Below, piece after piece: positions 1 to 9,896 of a DNA stretch of 61,911 nt (position 1 is the first letter of the stretch; each line of letters starts with the position of its first letter). The notes under the pieces were generated by a model. It worked only from the letters and a program-made list of their open reading frames with translations, did not search any database and was not told where the DNA came from. This DNA comes from Candidatus Iainarchaeum sp. (GTDB lineage Archaea; Iainarchaeota; Iainarchaeia; Iainarchaeales; VGJJ01): assembly GCA_016198125.1 (NCBI GenBank), contig JACQJG010000019.1, forward strand, positions 1 through 61,911, in the 5' to 3' direction. A program made the position numbers and the translations under genes.

Positions 1-1836
1 ACGCGTTCCTGTAAACGCGCCGGTACTTGGATTGTAAGGGTATTTTTCAATGATTGGACAGGCTTTCCAATTCGTGTTGGTACCCGGGTCATGCAAAAAA
101 TAATCCGTGCCCCCCTTCCAATCATTAATTTCAACCGTGGTAGCTAATCCCTGAGGATAACTTCCTGCATAGTCGTCCTCCGCTTCTTCCATAAACGCTT
201 CATCTGTGCTGTTCGGCTTTCCGCGTTCCAGCCTCCTATTGCTGCACGTGTAGTCCTTCGGTCCGTTGCCGGGGACCGCCCATTCGCCGAAGTTAGCGGG
301 CAACAATCCCATAGTCTTTGTGTGCGCGGCCACAGAAGCATCTTGAACAGCATCCCATTTTAGAGTGCTGGCCAGATACGCGGGGTATTGAAGGTTTGTT
401 TGATCCGCTGCATGCCCCAGGTTAAGCGCATGCCCAACCTCGTGGGCAAATACCACTTTCCCTTTTACGTAATTGAATTCCCATACCTGGCTTGGGTTAA
501 AGTTAATAAAGCTGGAATAATTTATCAACATCGTTCCAGCAGTACTGAGATAACCCCCTAAAATTTCGGGATCGCCTGGGGGGACTTTTATAGCATCAAC
601 CACGATAATGGGAATTTTTGTTGGATCTGCTTTTTTTACAGAGAGTTCTTTGAAATAAAATGTATATACAGCCGTGGCATCCGTGGTGTCCCACACAATG
701 ATTTTCTTGGAAACTACTTTATTGCCGCCCACCTGCATGGAAATGACCTCAAGTTTTAACCCCCATTCATCCATGTTGTTTTCATTTAGAAATTGGGCAT
801 AGGGGAGCGTTCCTACAATGTTAGGTGCACTGTAGGGGTGGTCTTTTCCAGCGTCTTTGAGTACGTCAACAGACTGTGCCACCATGGACTGTATGTTGGC
901 TTCTTTGCCTGTCTTGGTCCACACATCCCCGGGAATATTGGTTGTATCTGAGTCTGCGTTGAAAATGTACAAGGGGCTAAACATGCCAATGCTTGTACCT
1001 GCAAGTTGGGTTTCAATGAAACCAGTGTTGTTTGCACCGGCATATTTTTTTCCATATTCCTGTATGATTTCCTCAAAAGGCCTTGAGTCATCCGGAATAA
1101 TGTGGGCAAGGTTTCCGTATTCATCCGAATAGCCGATTACGCGAAAATGTTTTTTGTCTTCGATCAAGGAACTGGTTTCATTCAGCGGAATGTCAAGGTT
1201 TGTTGCACCTCCTTTGTATGCTTTTAGGCGAACAGGGTCTTCAAGTCCGTCGTACCGGTACAGGTACATGGTTGCGCCTTCCAGTTTGTGGCTGTCTGAA
1301 ATAGCGAGGATGTTGTCTGCAACTTCTGTTGAGGGCAAAACCGTGTCAATAGAGACTGTTGTTTTTGCTTCAAAAACGCGATTGACTGTGGCAACTCTAA
1401 AAAACAGGTCATGGTCTCCATCGCTTAACCACATGGATACTGGGGCTGGTTTGTTCCACAAGGCGATGCGGGAAAATTCTTGACCCTGAGTTACAACTTC
1501 ATAATCTACAGTATCTTCTTTTTTCCCATCCACATACATTTCAAGGGATTGGATTCCCTGATTTGTTGGGATAACAAGCGACATGATTCCATAGTTATGA
1601 TGATCTGCCCTGCCCACCAGGTTAACCTTGCCTTCCTCAAGCTCTTCAATGTCCAAACCTTCCACTTCAATGGAAGGTTGTGCAACGCTTTCTGTACCCC
1701 CTGGCTGGCGCCCGGGAACAAGTCCGGTTGAACCGGACGGAATTGGAATAAGCCCCACAAGCACTATTGCAATGCTCACCACTGCAAGGCCAAGCAAAAC
1801 GACCTGCAACCATAAATTGTTAGAATAAGTAGGCAC
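1..1836 (-). CDS. Secreted/membrane-anchored zinc metalloprotease (metzincin-like), runs off the left edge
   Basis: Not in the ORF track because there is no stop in the window. Manual reading from GTG at 1836 gives MPTYSNNLWLQVVLLGLAVVSIAIVLVGLIP (N-terminal TM), open to position 1, with in-frame HEVGHALNLGH at 444-412. Confidence 0.75.
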   Translation of the reverse strand, partial: MPTYSNNLWLQVVLLGLAVVSIAIVLVGLIPIPSGSTGLVPGRQPGGTESVAQPSIEVEGLDIEELEEGKVNLVGRADHHNYGIMSLVIPTNQGIQSLEMYVDGKKEDTVDYEVVTQGQEFSRIALWNKPAPVSMWLSDGDHDLFFRVATVNRVFEAKTTVSIDTVLPSTEVADNILAISDSHKLEGATMYLYRYDGLEDPVRLKAYKGGATNLDIPLNETSSLIEDKKHFRVIGYSDEYGNLAHIIPDDSRPFEEIIQEYGKKYAGANNTGFIETQLAGTSIGMFSPLYIFNADSDTTNIPGDVWTKTGKEANIQSMVAQSVDVLKDAGKDHPYSAPNIVGTLPYAQFLNENNMDEWGLKLEVISMQVGGNKVVSKKIIVWDTTDATAVYTFYFKELSVKKADPTKIPIIVVDAIKVPPGDPEILGGYLSTAGTMLINYSSFINFNPSQVWEFNYVKGKVVFAHEVGHALNLGHAADQTNLQYPAYLASTLKWDAVQDASVAAHTKTMGLLPANFGEWAVPGNGPKDYTCSNRRLERGKPNSTDEAFMEEAEDDYAGSYPQGLATTVEINDWKGGTDYFLHDPGTNTNWKACPIIEKYPYNPSTGAFTGTR

Positions 1837-1873
1837 GAAACGCTTATCCCCTTCAATTATAAAAATCAAATGG

Positions 1874-2191
1874 TTAAACGCCGCACTTCTGCAACTCTTC
1901 TTTTGAAAGCGTGCTAGCTTCAATGACTTGAACCAGGCAGTCCACTTGACCATCATAGTACTGGTTGGCCAGCTTGTAGTCCTGCAAGTCCTTTTCCAGG
2001 CGCGCTTTTTCAGGAAACAAAAAGGGCTCAGCAGCCTGGGCAAGCACAAGGCCCAGGATAAGGCCTAAAACGAACACCACAACAAAGCCAAGGTTTTGGC
2101 CTAAAAAGGCAATAAAACCTGTTGAATGCGCGCGCCCCTTGGACTTCCTGAATTTGGGGCCTGAAAGTTCCTCATCATCATAGTCTGCCAT
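1874..2191 (-). CDS. Small single-TM hypothetical protein with C-terminal coiled coil
   Basis: 105 aa ORF with hydrophobic stretch FVVVFVLGLILGLVLAQA and GGAG upstream. Confidence 0.7.
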   Translation of the reverse strand: MADYDDEELSGPKFRKSKGRAHSTGFIAFLGQNLGFVVVFVLGLILGLVLAQAAEPFLFPEKARLEKDLQDYKLANQYYDGQVDCLVQVIEASTLSKEELQKCGV

Positions 2192-2266
2192 TCTATCTCC
2201 TTATTGTGCATTAAACCGCATACGACTATTTTAAACCTTTTGGGCAACGGTTTCAAGGGATGGGCC

Positions 2267-3238
2267 ATGCAGGAAAACGCGCGTTCACAGGGCCGTGAAA
2301 GGGAAAAAGAGGTAAGCGTAGTCATTCCCTTGTACAATGAAGAAAGAAACGTGGAAGCCCTGCTCGCGGAATTGAATGAAGTGCTGCAAAAATCGTTCAA
2401 GGAATGGGAAGTGCTGGCAGTGGACGACGGCTCCCATGACACGTCTTTTGAATTGCTTGTGCACGCGCAAAAAAAATACCCGGAGCTGCGCATTGTAAAA
2501 TTCAAACGCAATTACGGCCAAACCGCGGCCATGAACGCGGGCTTTAAACTTTCCCGTGGAAAAGTAGTGGTGGCCATGGACGCAGACCTGCAAAATGATC
2601 CCGCGGACATTCCAAAACTTGTAAAAGAAATTGCACGCTTTGATGTGGTGAGCGGCTGGCGGTTCAACCGCAAGGACAGCGCTTTCAAGCGCTTGTGGTC
2701 GCGCATTTCCAATGGCCTGGCTGCACGCCTGACAGGAGTGGACATTCACGATTTTGGGTGCACGCTCAAAGCCTATAAGTTGGAAACTGTGAAAGACCTG
2801 CAGTTGTTTGGGCAAATGCACCGCTACCTTCCCGCCCTCCTGGCCGCGCAAGGGTATTCTGTTGGAGAAATGAAAGTGAATCACCGCGAGCGCGCGAATG
2901 GAATGTCAAAGTACAATTGGAAGCGTTTATTCAACGGAGTGCTGGATTTAGTGTTCATCAAGTTTTGGACGGATTATTCAAAAAGGCCCCTGCATTTTTT
3001 TGGAGGAATTGGAATTGCGTTTCTTCTTGCAAGCCTTTTGATTGCCGTGTACAAAGTAGTCATTCAATTAATGGTACGGCACATTCCATTGGAAGCCGGG
3101 CCCTTGCTTTTGCTGTCCATCATGCTGTTCATTACCGGCGTACTGCTCCTCATGTTCGGGTTTTTGAGCGAAATCCAGGTGCGCATGTACTATGCCTTAA
3201 AAAACAGGGAAAACTACGAAATTGAAAAAATATACTAG
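2267..3238 (+). CDS. GT2 glycosyltransferase (polyprenol-phosphate sugar synthase, DPM1/ArnC-like) with two C-terminal TMs
   Basis: VSVVIPLYNEE, VDDGSHD, RNYGQTAA, MDADLQNDP, DFGCTLKAY motifs; start taken at ATG 2267. Confidence 0.92.
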   Translation: MQENARSQGREREKEVSVVIPLYNEERNVEALLAELNEVLQKSFKEWEVLAVDDGSHDTSFELLVHAQKKYPELRIVKFKRNYGQTAAMNAGFKLSRGKVVVAMDADLQNDPADIPKLVKEIARFDVVSGWRFNRKDSAFKRLWSRISNGLAARLTGVDIHDFGCTLKAYKLETVKDLQLFGQMHRYLPALLAAQGYSVGEMKVNHRERANGMSKYNWKRLFNGVLDLVFIKFWTDYSKRPLHFFGGIGIAFLLASLLIAVYKVVIQLMVRHIPLEAGPLLLLSIMLFITGVLLLMFGFLSEIQVRMYYALKNRENYEIEKIY

Positions 3239-3256
3239 AAAAAGCGTTGTTTTTGC

Positions 3257-5113
3257 ATGTGCGGCATTGCAGGAGTCAGTGGAAATGAAAAAGGGCTTGT
3301 AATGAAGATGGCGCGCGCGCTTTCCCACCGCGGGCCTGACAACGAAGGATTTTACACGGATTCCTTTTTTTCCCTGGGACATCGAAGATTGAGCATCATC
3401 GACCTTTCTGAAAAAGGAAAACAGCCCATGCCAAACGAGGACCAAAGTATATGGGTTGATTTCAACGGCGAAATATACAATTTTTTGGAACTGCGCAAGG
3501 ACCTGGAGCAAAAAGGCCACTCGTTTTACTCGAATACCGATAGTGAAGTGCTGGTGCATGGCTATGAAGAGTATGGCCCAAAATTTGTGGAACAACTTGA
3601 AGGCATGTTCGCGTATGCCATTTACGATACGGCCAGGAAAAAAGTTTTTTTGTTCCGCGATCACACGGGAATCAAGCCCTTGTTTTATTACTGGGACCAA
3701 TCCCTTTTTGGGTTTGCATCCGAACTTGGAGCGTTAATGGAACTGCCTGTTCCGCGCACATTGAATCGCGCAAGTTTAAGCCATTACTGGGAGTTACGCT
3801 TTGTGCCCGGGCCGTTGACCTTGTTTGAAAACATGTTCAAGCTTCCCCCGGCACACTGGCTGGAGTTTGACGGTAAAAAGGTTTCATTGCACGCGTATTG
3901 GCAGGCCCCTTATGAACACGAAAAGCCGTTGAATGAATATGTGCATGCACTCCGCATGACTCTTGAAAGGTCTGTTTCGCACTCGCTCATCAGCGATGTT
4001 CCAATAGGAATTTTTCTTTCCGGAGGCCTGGATTCAAGCATTCTTGCAGGGCTCATGGCCCAACAGGGAGAGGTGCGCACGTTTTCAGTGGGATTTGAAG
4101 GCTCCAGCCATTCCGAAGCTGCCCATGCAGAGCACGTGGCCACGCACATTGGAAGCATTCACACTGAATTGAGCGTCTCGATGAACGCGCTGGACGCATT
4201 GCCGAAAATTGTGAAACATTTTGGAGAACCCCTTGCAGACCCAACAGCAATTCCCACCTATTTCATGGCCGAGCAGGCGCGCAAAAAGGTTAAAGTGGTA
4301 TTGACCGGGGAAGGCGCGGATGAATGGTTTGGGGGGTATGAACAGGTGCGCCTTGCACAGGCACTGGAAGGGTTTTCAAAAACGCCTTCCGCGGTCAGGA
4401 AAGGCCTGGTGCTTGGAGCCAAAAAAATGCCTGCCCCGGTAATGAAAGCCTTGTTTGAGTACGCGCCCTTGCTGGGCGAAGAAGGAATAAACCGCTTGGA
4501 CGACTTCCTGCACGCGCAATCCAATGTTGAAAAATACCTGGCGTTGGTGGGCATTTTTTCTGAACGCGAAAAACGCGAAGCGTTTGGAAACAGTCACGCA
4601 AACGCAAAAGAATTGTTCCAACCCTTCTTTGAAAAAAATAACTTGGTGCATGGAATTGTGGAGTGCGAAATTGCAGGGGCGTTGCCTGACAATTTGTCTG
4701 CAAAAGTGGACCGCATGACCATGGCCTTTGGACTGGAGGCGCGCGTGCCCTATTTGAATCCTTCCGTGATTAACCTGGCTGCCGCCATTCCATTGCAGTA
4801 CAAAGTACACAATGGAATTGAAAAGTTCATTTTGCGCAAAACGTTTTCAAACCTGCTTCCAAAAGCCATTGTTCAAAGGAAAAAGCACAGGTTTTTTGTT
4901 CCATTGCACGAATGGATGCAGGAAGCCTTGGGCGACCAGGCATGGAACGCGTGCAATGAGCTGGTGCGCGAGTGCGTCATGCAAAAAGATTTCGTGGAAA
5001 AAATGAAGCGCAATTATTCAAAGTCCCCCTTGTATTATGCCCGGCAATTGTGGTGCGTGCTCAACTTTGCAGAGTGGAAGGACTTGTTTGACGTGAATTG
5101 TGCTGTTAAGTAA
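3257..5113 (+). CDS. asnB: Asparagine synthase (glutamine-hydrolysing) family amidotransferase
   Basis: MCGIAG Ntn N-terminus, HRGPD, HRRLSIID, FNGEIYN, LSGGLDSS, TGEGADE, EARVPYL. Confidence 0.95.
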   Translation: MCGIAGVSGNEKGLVMKMARALSHRGPDNEGFYTDSFFSLGHRRLSIIDLSEKGKQPMPNEDQSIWVDFNGEIYNFLELRKDLEQKGHSFYSNTDSEVLVHGYEEYGPKFVEQLEGMFAYAIYDTARKKVFLFRDHTGIKPLFYYWDQSLFGFASELGALMELPVPRTLNRASLSHYWELRFVPGPLTLFENMFKLPPAHWLEFDGKKVSLHAYWQAPYEHEKPLNEYVHALRMTLERSVSHSLISDVPIGIFLSGGLDSSILAGLMAQQGEVRTFSVGFEGSSHSEAAHAEHVATHIGSIHTELSVSMNALDALPKIVKHFGEPLADPTAIPTYFMAEQARKKVKVVLTGEGADEWFGGYEQVRLAQALEGFSKTPSAVRKGLVLGAKKMPAPVMKALFEYAPLLGEEGINRLDDFLHAQSNVEKYLALVGIFSEREKREAFGNSHANAKELFQPFFEKNNLVHGIVECEIAGALPDNLSAKVDRMTMAFGLEARVPYLNPSVINLAAAIPLQYKVHNGIEKFILRKTFSNLLPKAIVQRKKHRFFVPLHEWMQEALGDQAWNACNELVRECVMQKDFVEKMKRNYSKSPLYYARQLWCVLNFAEWKDLFDVNCAVK

Positions 5114-6761
5114 ACCATGAAGGCTGTTTGTATGCAGTTAAATTGACTTGCGTCCAATCCACTTTGTACACGCGGATGAGCGCATTGTTTTCATACGCCA
5201 ATGCAAAGCCGGGAATGCCTTGCGCAGTGTTAAGGACATCGAACTGCGTACTCAACCGGTCTTTACGGTTTTCCTGCAGCACAAGGTAAGTGACATTGTA
5301 CTTGCGCATCAGGTAAATGGTTTCATCCAGCGGTGCATCGGGCGTTAAGACCGTTGAACGGTCTGCATGAAAGCCTGTGGCTGCGGTCGTGCGGCTCATC
5401 ATCACAGCCCCTTGGGGGGTGTTGGACTCAATCCATTCCATGGCTTCCACGTACTTTGCTTCAAATGCACGCCCATTGGAGTCAAATGTTTTTTGCATGG
5501 CCGAAGAAAAAGGCCCGGTTAAATAAAACCCTGCAAGGATAAGCACTACTGTTAAGAGCGCAATGCGGGGCCATTGAATGTTGAAACCCTGCCGCTCGCG
5601 GGTTTCAATTTTTTCCCAAAGGCGCGTGAGTGCAAGGCCTGCGAGCACGCACATGACAGGGTAAAACATGAGCATGTACCTGAACTCGTAATGCCCAAAC
5701 ACAATGAGCAATGCGCACGCGAGAATAAAATGCAGGGCGCCAAGTTTGTAGAGCAGGCGCTGCCTGCCTGGCAGAAGAAAAAAGGACAGGGCAGCCAGCA
5801 CAAACACTATGAATGGGCCGGAGTTGCCGCGCATGAAATCCAATGGAATTAAGAGTGCTTGTATAACTGTGCGTTGCACGCGCTCCATGAAAGAGGCTTT
5901 TTGGGCAATGGAATCCAAGTCATCAAAGTAAATGGCGTTGACCCCGGAGTTGGCGAATAAAACCAGCGTATTGGAATACTGCTGCGTGTTCACATACCCG
6001 TACGCGGAGTAGGAGGCAATCCACGGGGGCAGCACAAACAGGGCCACAATGAATGCAAAAATCCCAAGGTGGGCAAGCCCTTCTTTCAAATACGCTTTCC
6101 CGTTTTTTTTATTCCAAAAAAAGGCTGCAAGTAAAAAAACAAGGGCAAGGCTTGCTCCTGTAATGCGAATGCTTGAAGTTAATCCAACAAGCACGCCTGC
6201 AACCGCGTAATGCACAAAGGAATGCCTATCAGTGGAAAGCATCCAGTAAAAGTAGGCCAGTGTGGCAAGGTTGAACAATGCAAAGTTCACGTCTGCCATG
6301 GGAATAATGGACTGCGTGAAAACAAGGTAATTGATGCCAAGGAAAAAAATTGCAATCAATCCTGCGGTTTTGTTTTTTAGCGCACTTGCAAAGGCGTATA
6401 CTGACAGAAAGGCAAGTGCAAGGAAAAGCAGGTTTGGAATTTTTGTGGCATGCGCGCTCACGCCAAAGACAAGAAAAGAAGCTGCCAGGAAAAGAGGCTG
6501 AAGCGGAGGCCACGTGTCTTCTGTGTGGGACACGTTTTCATACGGGTAAAAATAATATCCAATGGTGTCCGTTGAAAAACCCAACCCGGTTGCCAGGGCA
6601 CGCGCGGTCACTGCATAACTTGCACTATCCGCTCCTCCAATGAACGGGTTTGAAAGTGCTGTAAATCCTGCAAAAACCAGGTATCCAACCACAAATACCA
6701 GCATGCCCAAGTCCTGCCATGCCAGGCTTTTGAAGGCGTCTGCCGGGTTTTTTGCGTGCAT
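5106..6761 (-). CDS. GT-C fold multi-TM glycosyltransferase (ArnT/PMT, GT39-like)
   Basis: Many TM segments, D..SY...AR and WPPLQP in first loop, RYMLMFYP, C-terminal soluble domain (WIESNTPQGAV). Confidence 0.8.
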   Translation of the reverse strand: MHAKNPADAFKSLAWQDLGMLVFVVGYLVFAGFTALSNPFIGGADSASYAVTARALATGLGFSTDTIGYYFYPYENVSHTEDTWPPLQPLFLAASFLVFGVSAHATKIPNLLFLALAFLSVYAFASALKNKTAGLIAIFFLGINYLVFTQSIIPMADVNFALFNLATLAYFYWMLSTDRHSFVHYAVAGVLVGLTSSIRITGASLALVFLLAAFFWNKKNGKAYLKEGLAHLGIFAFIVALFVLPPWIASYSAYGYVNTQQYSNTLVLFANSGVNAIYFDDLDSIAQKASFMERVQRTVIQALLIPLDFMRGNSGPFIVFVLAALSFFLLPGRQRLLYKLGALHFILACALLIVFGHYEFRYMLMFYPVMCVLAGLALTRLWEKIETRERQGFNIQWPRIALLTVVLILAGFYLTGPFSSAMQKTFDSNGRAFEAKYVEAMEWIESNTPQGAVMMSRTTAATGFHADRSTVLTPDAPLDETIYLMRKYNVTYLVLQENRKDRLSTQFDVLNTAQGIPGFALAYENNALIRVYKVDWTQVNLTAYKQPSWFT

Positions 6762-6814
6762 TTATTACGTTGTAGAATGAAGGCTTAAAAACAGTGAAGG
6801 AGGGCCATTGAGTT

Positions 6815-7189
6815 ATGCGCATACGCTGGTTTGCCCCACTGCTCGAAAAGCCGCTTGGAACCACGCAGTTTGTCAGGAAAATATTTCCAGACGCGCAGTT
6901 CAGGCTCGTGCACCAAACCATTCATCCAACAAAAATCGTGCGCACAATCCAATTTGAGTTGAACGGCCAGGTCATTGCACGCGGCAGATCAGAAGTGGAT
7001 GTCCTTCCTACTGCCCCCCAGGCATTGGGCGCGATAAGAACAGGAAAACTGCCCCTGGGCATTATCGCCCAACGCTTTAAAGTAAAGCGCTCGCGCATGC
7101 ACACCACCACAAGGACACGGTCATTCAAGATGACAGGAGACATTCACGCAAAAATATGGGAACGGTTCTACCTGGCGCGTGCGAAATGA
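6815..7189 (+). CDS. Chorismate-lyase/UTRA-fold-like small protein (DUF98-like)
   Basis: R..I......VIARGRSEV, LPLGII and terminal IWERF pattern resemble the UbiC/DUF98 fold; remote similarity only. Confidence 0.45.
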   Translation: MRIRWFAPLLEKPLGTTQFVRKIFPDAQFRLVHQTIHPTKIVRTIQFELNGQVIARGRSEVDVLPTAPQALGAIRTGKLPLGIIAQRFKVKRSRMHTTTRTRSFKMTGDIHAKIWERFYLARAK

Positions 7190-7231
7190 ACAACAAGGTA
7201 GATTAAAATACAAAAAAGCCCCAAGAGAAGC

Positions 7232-8119
7232 ATGCCAAAGCCGCATTCACGGAAACCGCGTAAAAGGTATTCCAGGCGAACGCTGAAATTATTTACCATT
7301 TCGAAAGGACTTGAAGACATAAGAATGAAGGGGATTAACAAGGATTATCTTGCAGAACTCGAACCCAAGCACGCGCGAAAAAAACCAAAACGGTTGGCGT
7401 GGAAACCGTTTTGGAAAACCTTCCGCGACATTCGCGAGCAACATTGGTGGGAGCAGGCTAACAGAACCAAACGGTCACTGCGCGAATACAAGCTTGAATT
7501 CTTTTTGCAACAGAAAAAAATTCCCTCTCCGTTGCTCAATAAAAATTTGATTGCCTGCGCAGCAAAACGGTACAGGCGCTTGCACAATGCAACACGCTCC
7601 AGGCCTCTTGAAACAAAAATGATTGGCGGGCCTGAGTTTATTCAAGACTGGGTAGTACCTCAACGGTATGATGTGGCTGCACATGTGTTGCAGTGGATTA
7701 AAGACGAACGTTTGTTGAATGAAAGAGAAGCAACTGTTGAGGAAAGCCAGCGGTTTCATGGAAGAGTAGTACGGCAACTTTATCCAGCCTTTTCCAGGAG
7801 CCCTCCAAAAGAAATGCTGCTCCACCAGATGGGCCGGGCTGAACAACATACCAATTGGGGGTATTACACGTACAACTGCCGCGTGCTTTTGGATCCTGCA
7901 TCGTTTGTAAACCGACAACAATTTAGCCACAAAAAGTGGGGGTACATTGAAGACGCAAAAGAAGGAACTGTGCTGGCCATTCAATTGTTTGACCCGAACC
8001 CCAAAGCACTGCTTGCGTTTACCAAAGCAATGGCCCACAAGCGACCGAATGACCCCATCCCCATCTTGGATATGTACGGAGACTTGTTTTACCCGCCACG
8101 GACAAAAGACCGGCGCTAG
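7232..8119 (+). CDS. Hypothetical basic protein
   Basis: 295 aa ORF filling the gap between genes, K/R-rich N-terminus, no recognised motif. Confidence 0.65.
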   Translation: MPKPHSRKPRKRYSRRTLKLFTISKGLEDIRMKGINKDYLAELEPKHARKKPKRLAWKPFWKTFRDIREQHWWEQANRTKRSLREYKLEFFLQQKKIPSPLLNKNLIACAAKRYRRLHNATRSRPLETKMIGGPEFIQDWVVPQRYDVAAHVLQWIKDERLLNEREATVEESQRFHGRVVRQLYPAFSRSPPKEMLLHQMGRAEQHTNWGYYTYNCRVLLDPASFVNRQQFSHKKWGYIEDAKEGTVLAIQLFDPNPKALLAFTKAMAHKRPNDPIPILDMYGDLFYPPRTKDRR

Positions 8120-8137
8120 CGTTTATTTGAAAGCAGG

Positions 8138-9247
8138 TTATTGCACAACCCCAAAGTCTTTTGCGCTTTCGGGCACGGGTTTTGTGGCTGTGGAATAATC
8201 CATGGCGTCCAAGTTGCCGGGCGGGTTTTCAACGTTCATGCGTTCAAAAAACTGTTCAAAGTCAATCCATGTTTTCTTGTTGTATTTTTTCTTGGCCAGC
8301 AGGATGACATCCGAGGGAACGTGCTCGGACACGAATTCGTATTCATCTTTCAAATGGTCCAGCACGCGCAGGCCGAATGCTTTTACGTATGCAAAATCAG
8401 GCATGGCTTCGCGTGAAAGGCGCTGCCTGCTCTCCCCCACGTGCATGTACCCTTTTACTTCTACAAAGTCAAAATCCCCTTTTTGGATGAGCGCGGCATA
8501 CTTTTCGGGTTCAACATCGTTAAGGCCTTTGACAAGGGTAAGGCGCGCGGTTTTACGGAATCTTTTTTTAGAGGCATTTTCAATGGACTGCATGTACCGT
8601 TCCCAGTAATCATTGAAAAGCGGCACGTCCACTTTTTTCAGCAATTCCTTGTTGGGCGCATCCAAACTCAGGTAAAGCTGGGTGACTGTGTGCAGGTTTT
8701 CAATGGCTTCCGGGTATTGGGCGTTTGTTACCAAAAAAGTTGAAATGCGTTTGGAATGAAATTTCTGGCACAATTCATTTATTTTGGGGTAGGCAATGGG
8801 CTCCCCTGTCAAGGACAAGGCCACGTGGCCCACGCGCTTGGATTGTTCGTACGCGGCTTTTGAAGTGTAGGGGTTGCCTCCAAATCCTTGAAGTAATTGG
8901 GCATGCATGCGAAGGCTTTCTTCGATGATGAAATCAGGTTCGTCCACTTCCCAATTCCATTCCCTTGAAACCGGGGCTTTGTAGCCCCGCCAGCAGAACG
9001 TGCAGCGATTCGCGCAACTCAAATTTACAGTCATTTGCATGCACTGGTGGGAGCGAATGCCGTAGAACTTGAACTTGTAACATCCCCCTTCCCCACGGAG
9101 CATGTTCTTGGTCCACCCGCACACCTTTACGGCAGAGTGATGGCCGATTATGCGATAATGCTGGTGTTCCAATTCTTCCTTGTATTTCAGAGGCACTTGA
9201 TCCCCCTGCGGGGTAGTGGAAGTTTGAGGTTTTTTTTGAACTTCCAT
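8138..9247 (-). CDS. taw1: 4-demethylwyosine synthase (radical SAM tRNA-Phe modification)
   Basis: HSAVKVCGWTK, GCYKFKFYGIRSHQC, CANRCTFCWR (CX3CX2C), ALSLTGEP, EVKGYMHVG; start uncertain (9247 or 9280). Confidence 0.95.
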   Translation of the reverse strand: MEVQKKPQTSTTPQGDQVPLKYKEELEHQHYRIIGHHSAVKVCGWTKNMLRGEGGCYKFKFYGIRSHQCMQMTVNLSCANRCTFCWRGYKAPVSREWNWEVDEPDFIIEESLRMHAQLLQGFGGNPYTSKAAYEQSKRVGHVALSLTGEPIAYPKINELCQKFHSKRISTFLVTNAQYPEAIENLHTVTQLYLSLDAPNKELLKKVDVPLFNDYWERYMQSIENASKKRFRKTARLTLVKGLNDVEPEKYAALIQKGDFDFVEVKGYMHVGESRQRLSREAMPDFAYVKAFGLRVLDHLKDEYEFVSEHVPSDVILLAKKKYNKKTWIDFEQFFERMNVENPPGNLDAMDYSTATKPVPESAKDFGVVQ

Positions 9248-9539
9248 TACTCCGTTGGGAGAAAGAATGGGAAAGGACATAAAGGTTCTTTTTGGGGAGA
9301 ACAAGTTAAAAAGAAGAAAGGGTTTTGTTGAGGAACAAGGAAAAGTCAAACCAACTACACATATATACATAATTGAAGGGAAGGGGTTTTAACCGTTTTT
9401 TAAGGCAACCAATGCCCCTAAATTATGTAGGGCAAAGCAGAACCTTTAAAAATAAGTTATACGTGTATAGTAGCGCTGTTCCTTGGCGTTTTGTTAAGGA
9501 CAGGGAGTTTTTGGATCATAGATGAAAGGGGTGTAACAA

Positions 9540-9815
9540 ATGTACAAATACACTATTGCACGACAACTGGCCACCAAAAAAGTCATCACCAACCGCGGCG
9601 ATGAAGTGGGCCGTCTTACGGATCTCATGGTGGATGAAGTCAAAGGCGACATTGAGGCGTTGCTGGTTGAAATCGACCGCGAGAGCAAGCTCATGCGCAA
9701 ACTCAGTTTCAAGGAACGCATGATCTCCATTCCATATTCTGCTGTCACCGCAGTTTCAGACGTGTTCATTGTGGATGAACGCGAGCTCACACAAGCCGTT
9801 GCCACTGAAGAATAA
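9540..9815 (+). CDS. PRC-barrel domain protein
   Basis: KKVITNRGDEVGRLTDLMVDEVKGDI...IPYSAVTAVSDVFIV is a typical archaeal PRC barrel. Confidence 0.85.
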   Translation: MYKYTIARQLATKKVITNRGDEVGRLTDLMVDEVKGDIEALLVEIDRESKLMRKLSFKERMISIPYSAVTAVSDVFIVDERELTQAVATEE

Positions 9816-9896
9816 AGCAAACAAAGAGCAAAAATTCCCAGTACTCCTTTCATGGTATGCTGTGAGGTTTCTCTCACTGAACAAGGATGCCCGTGC

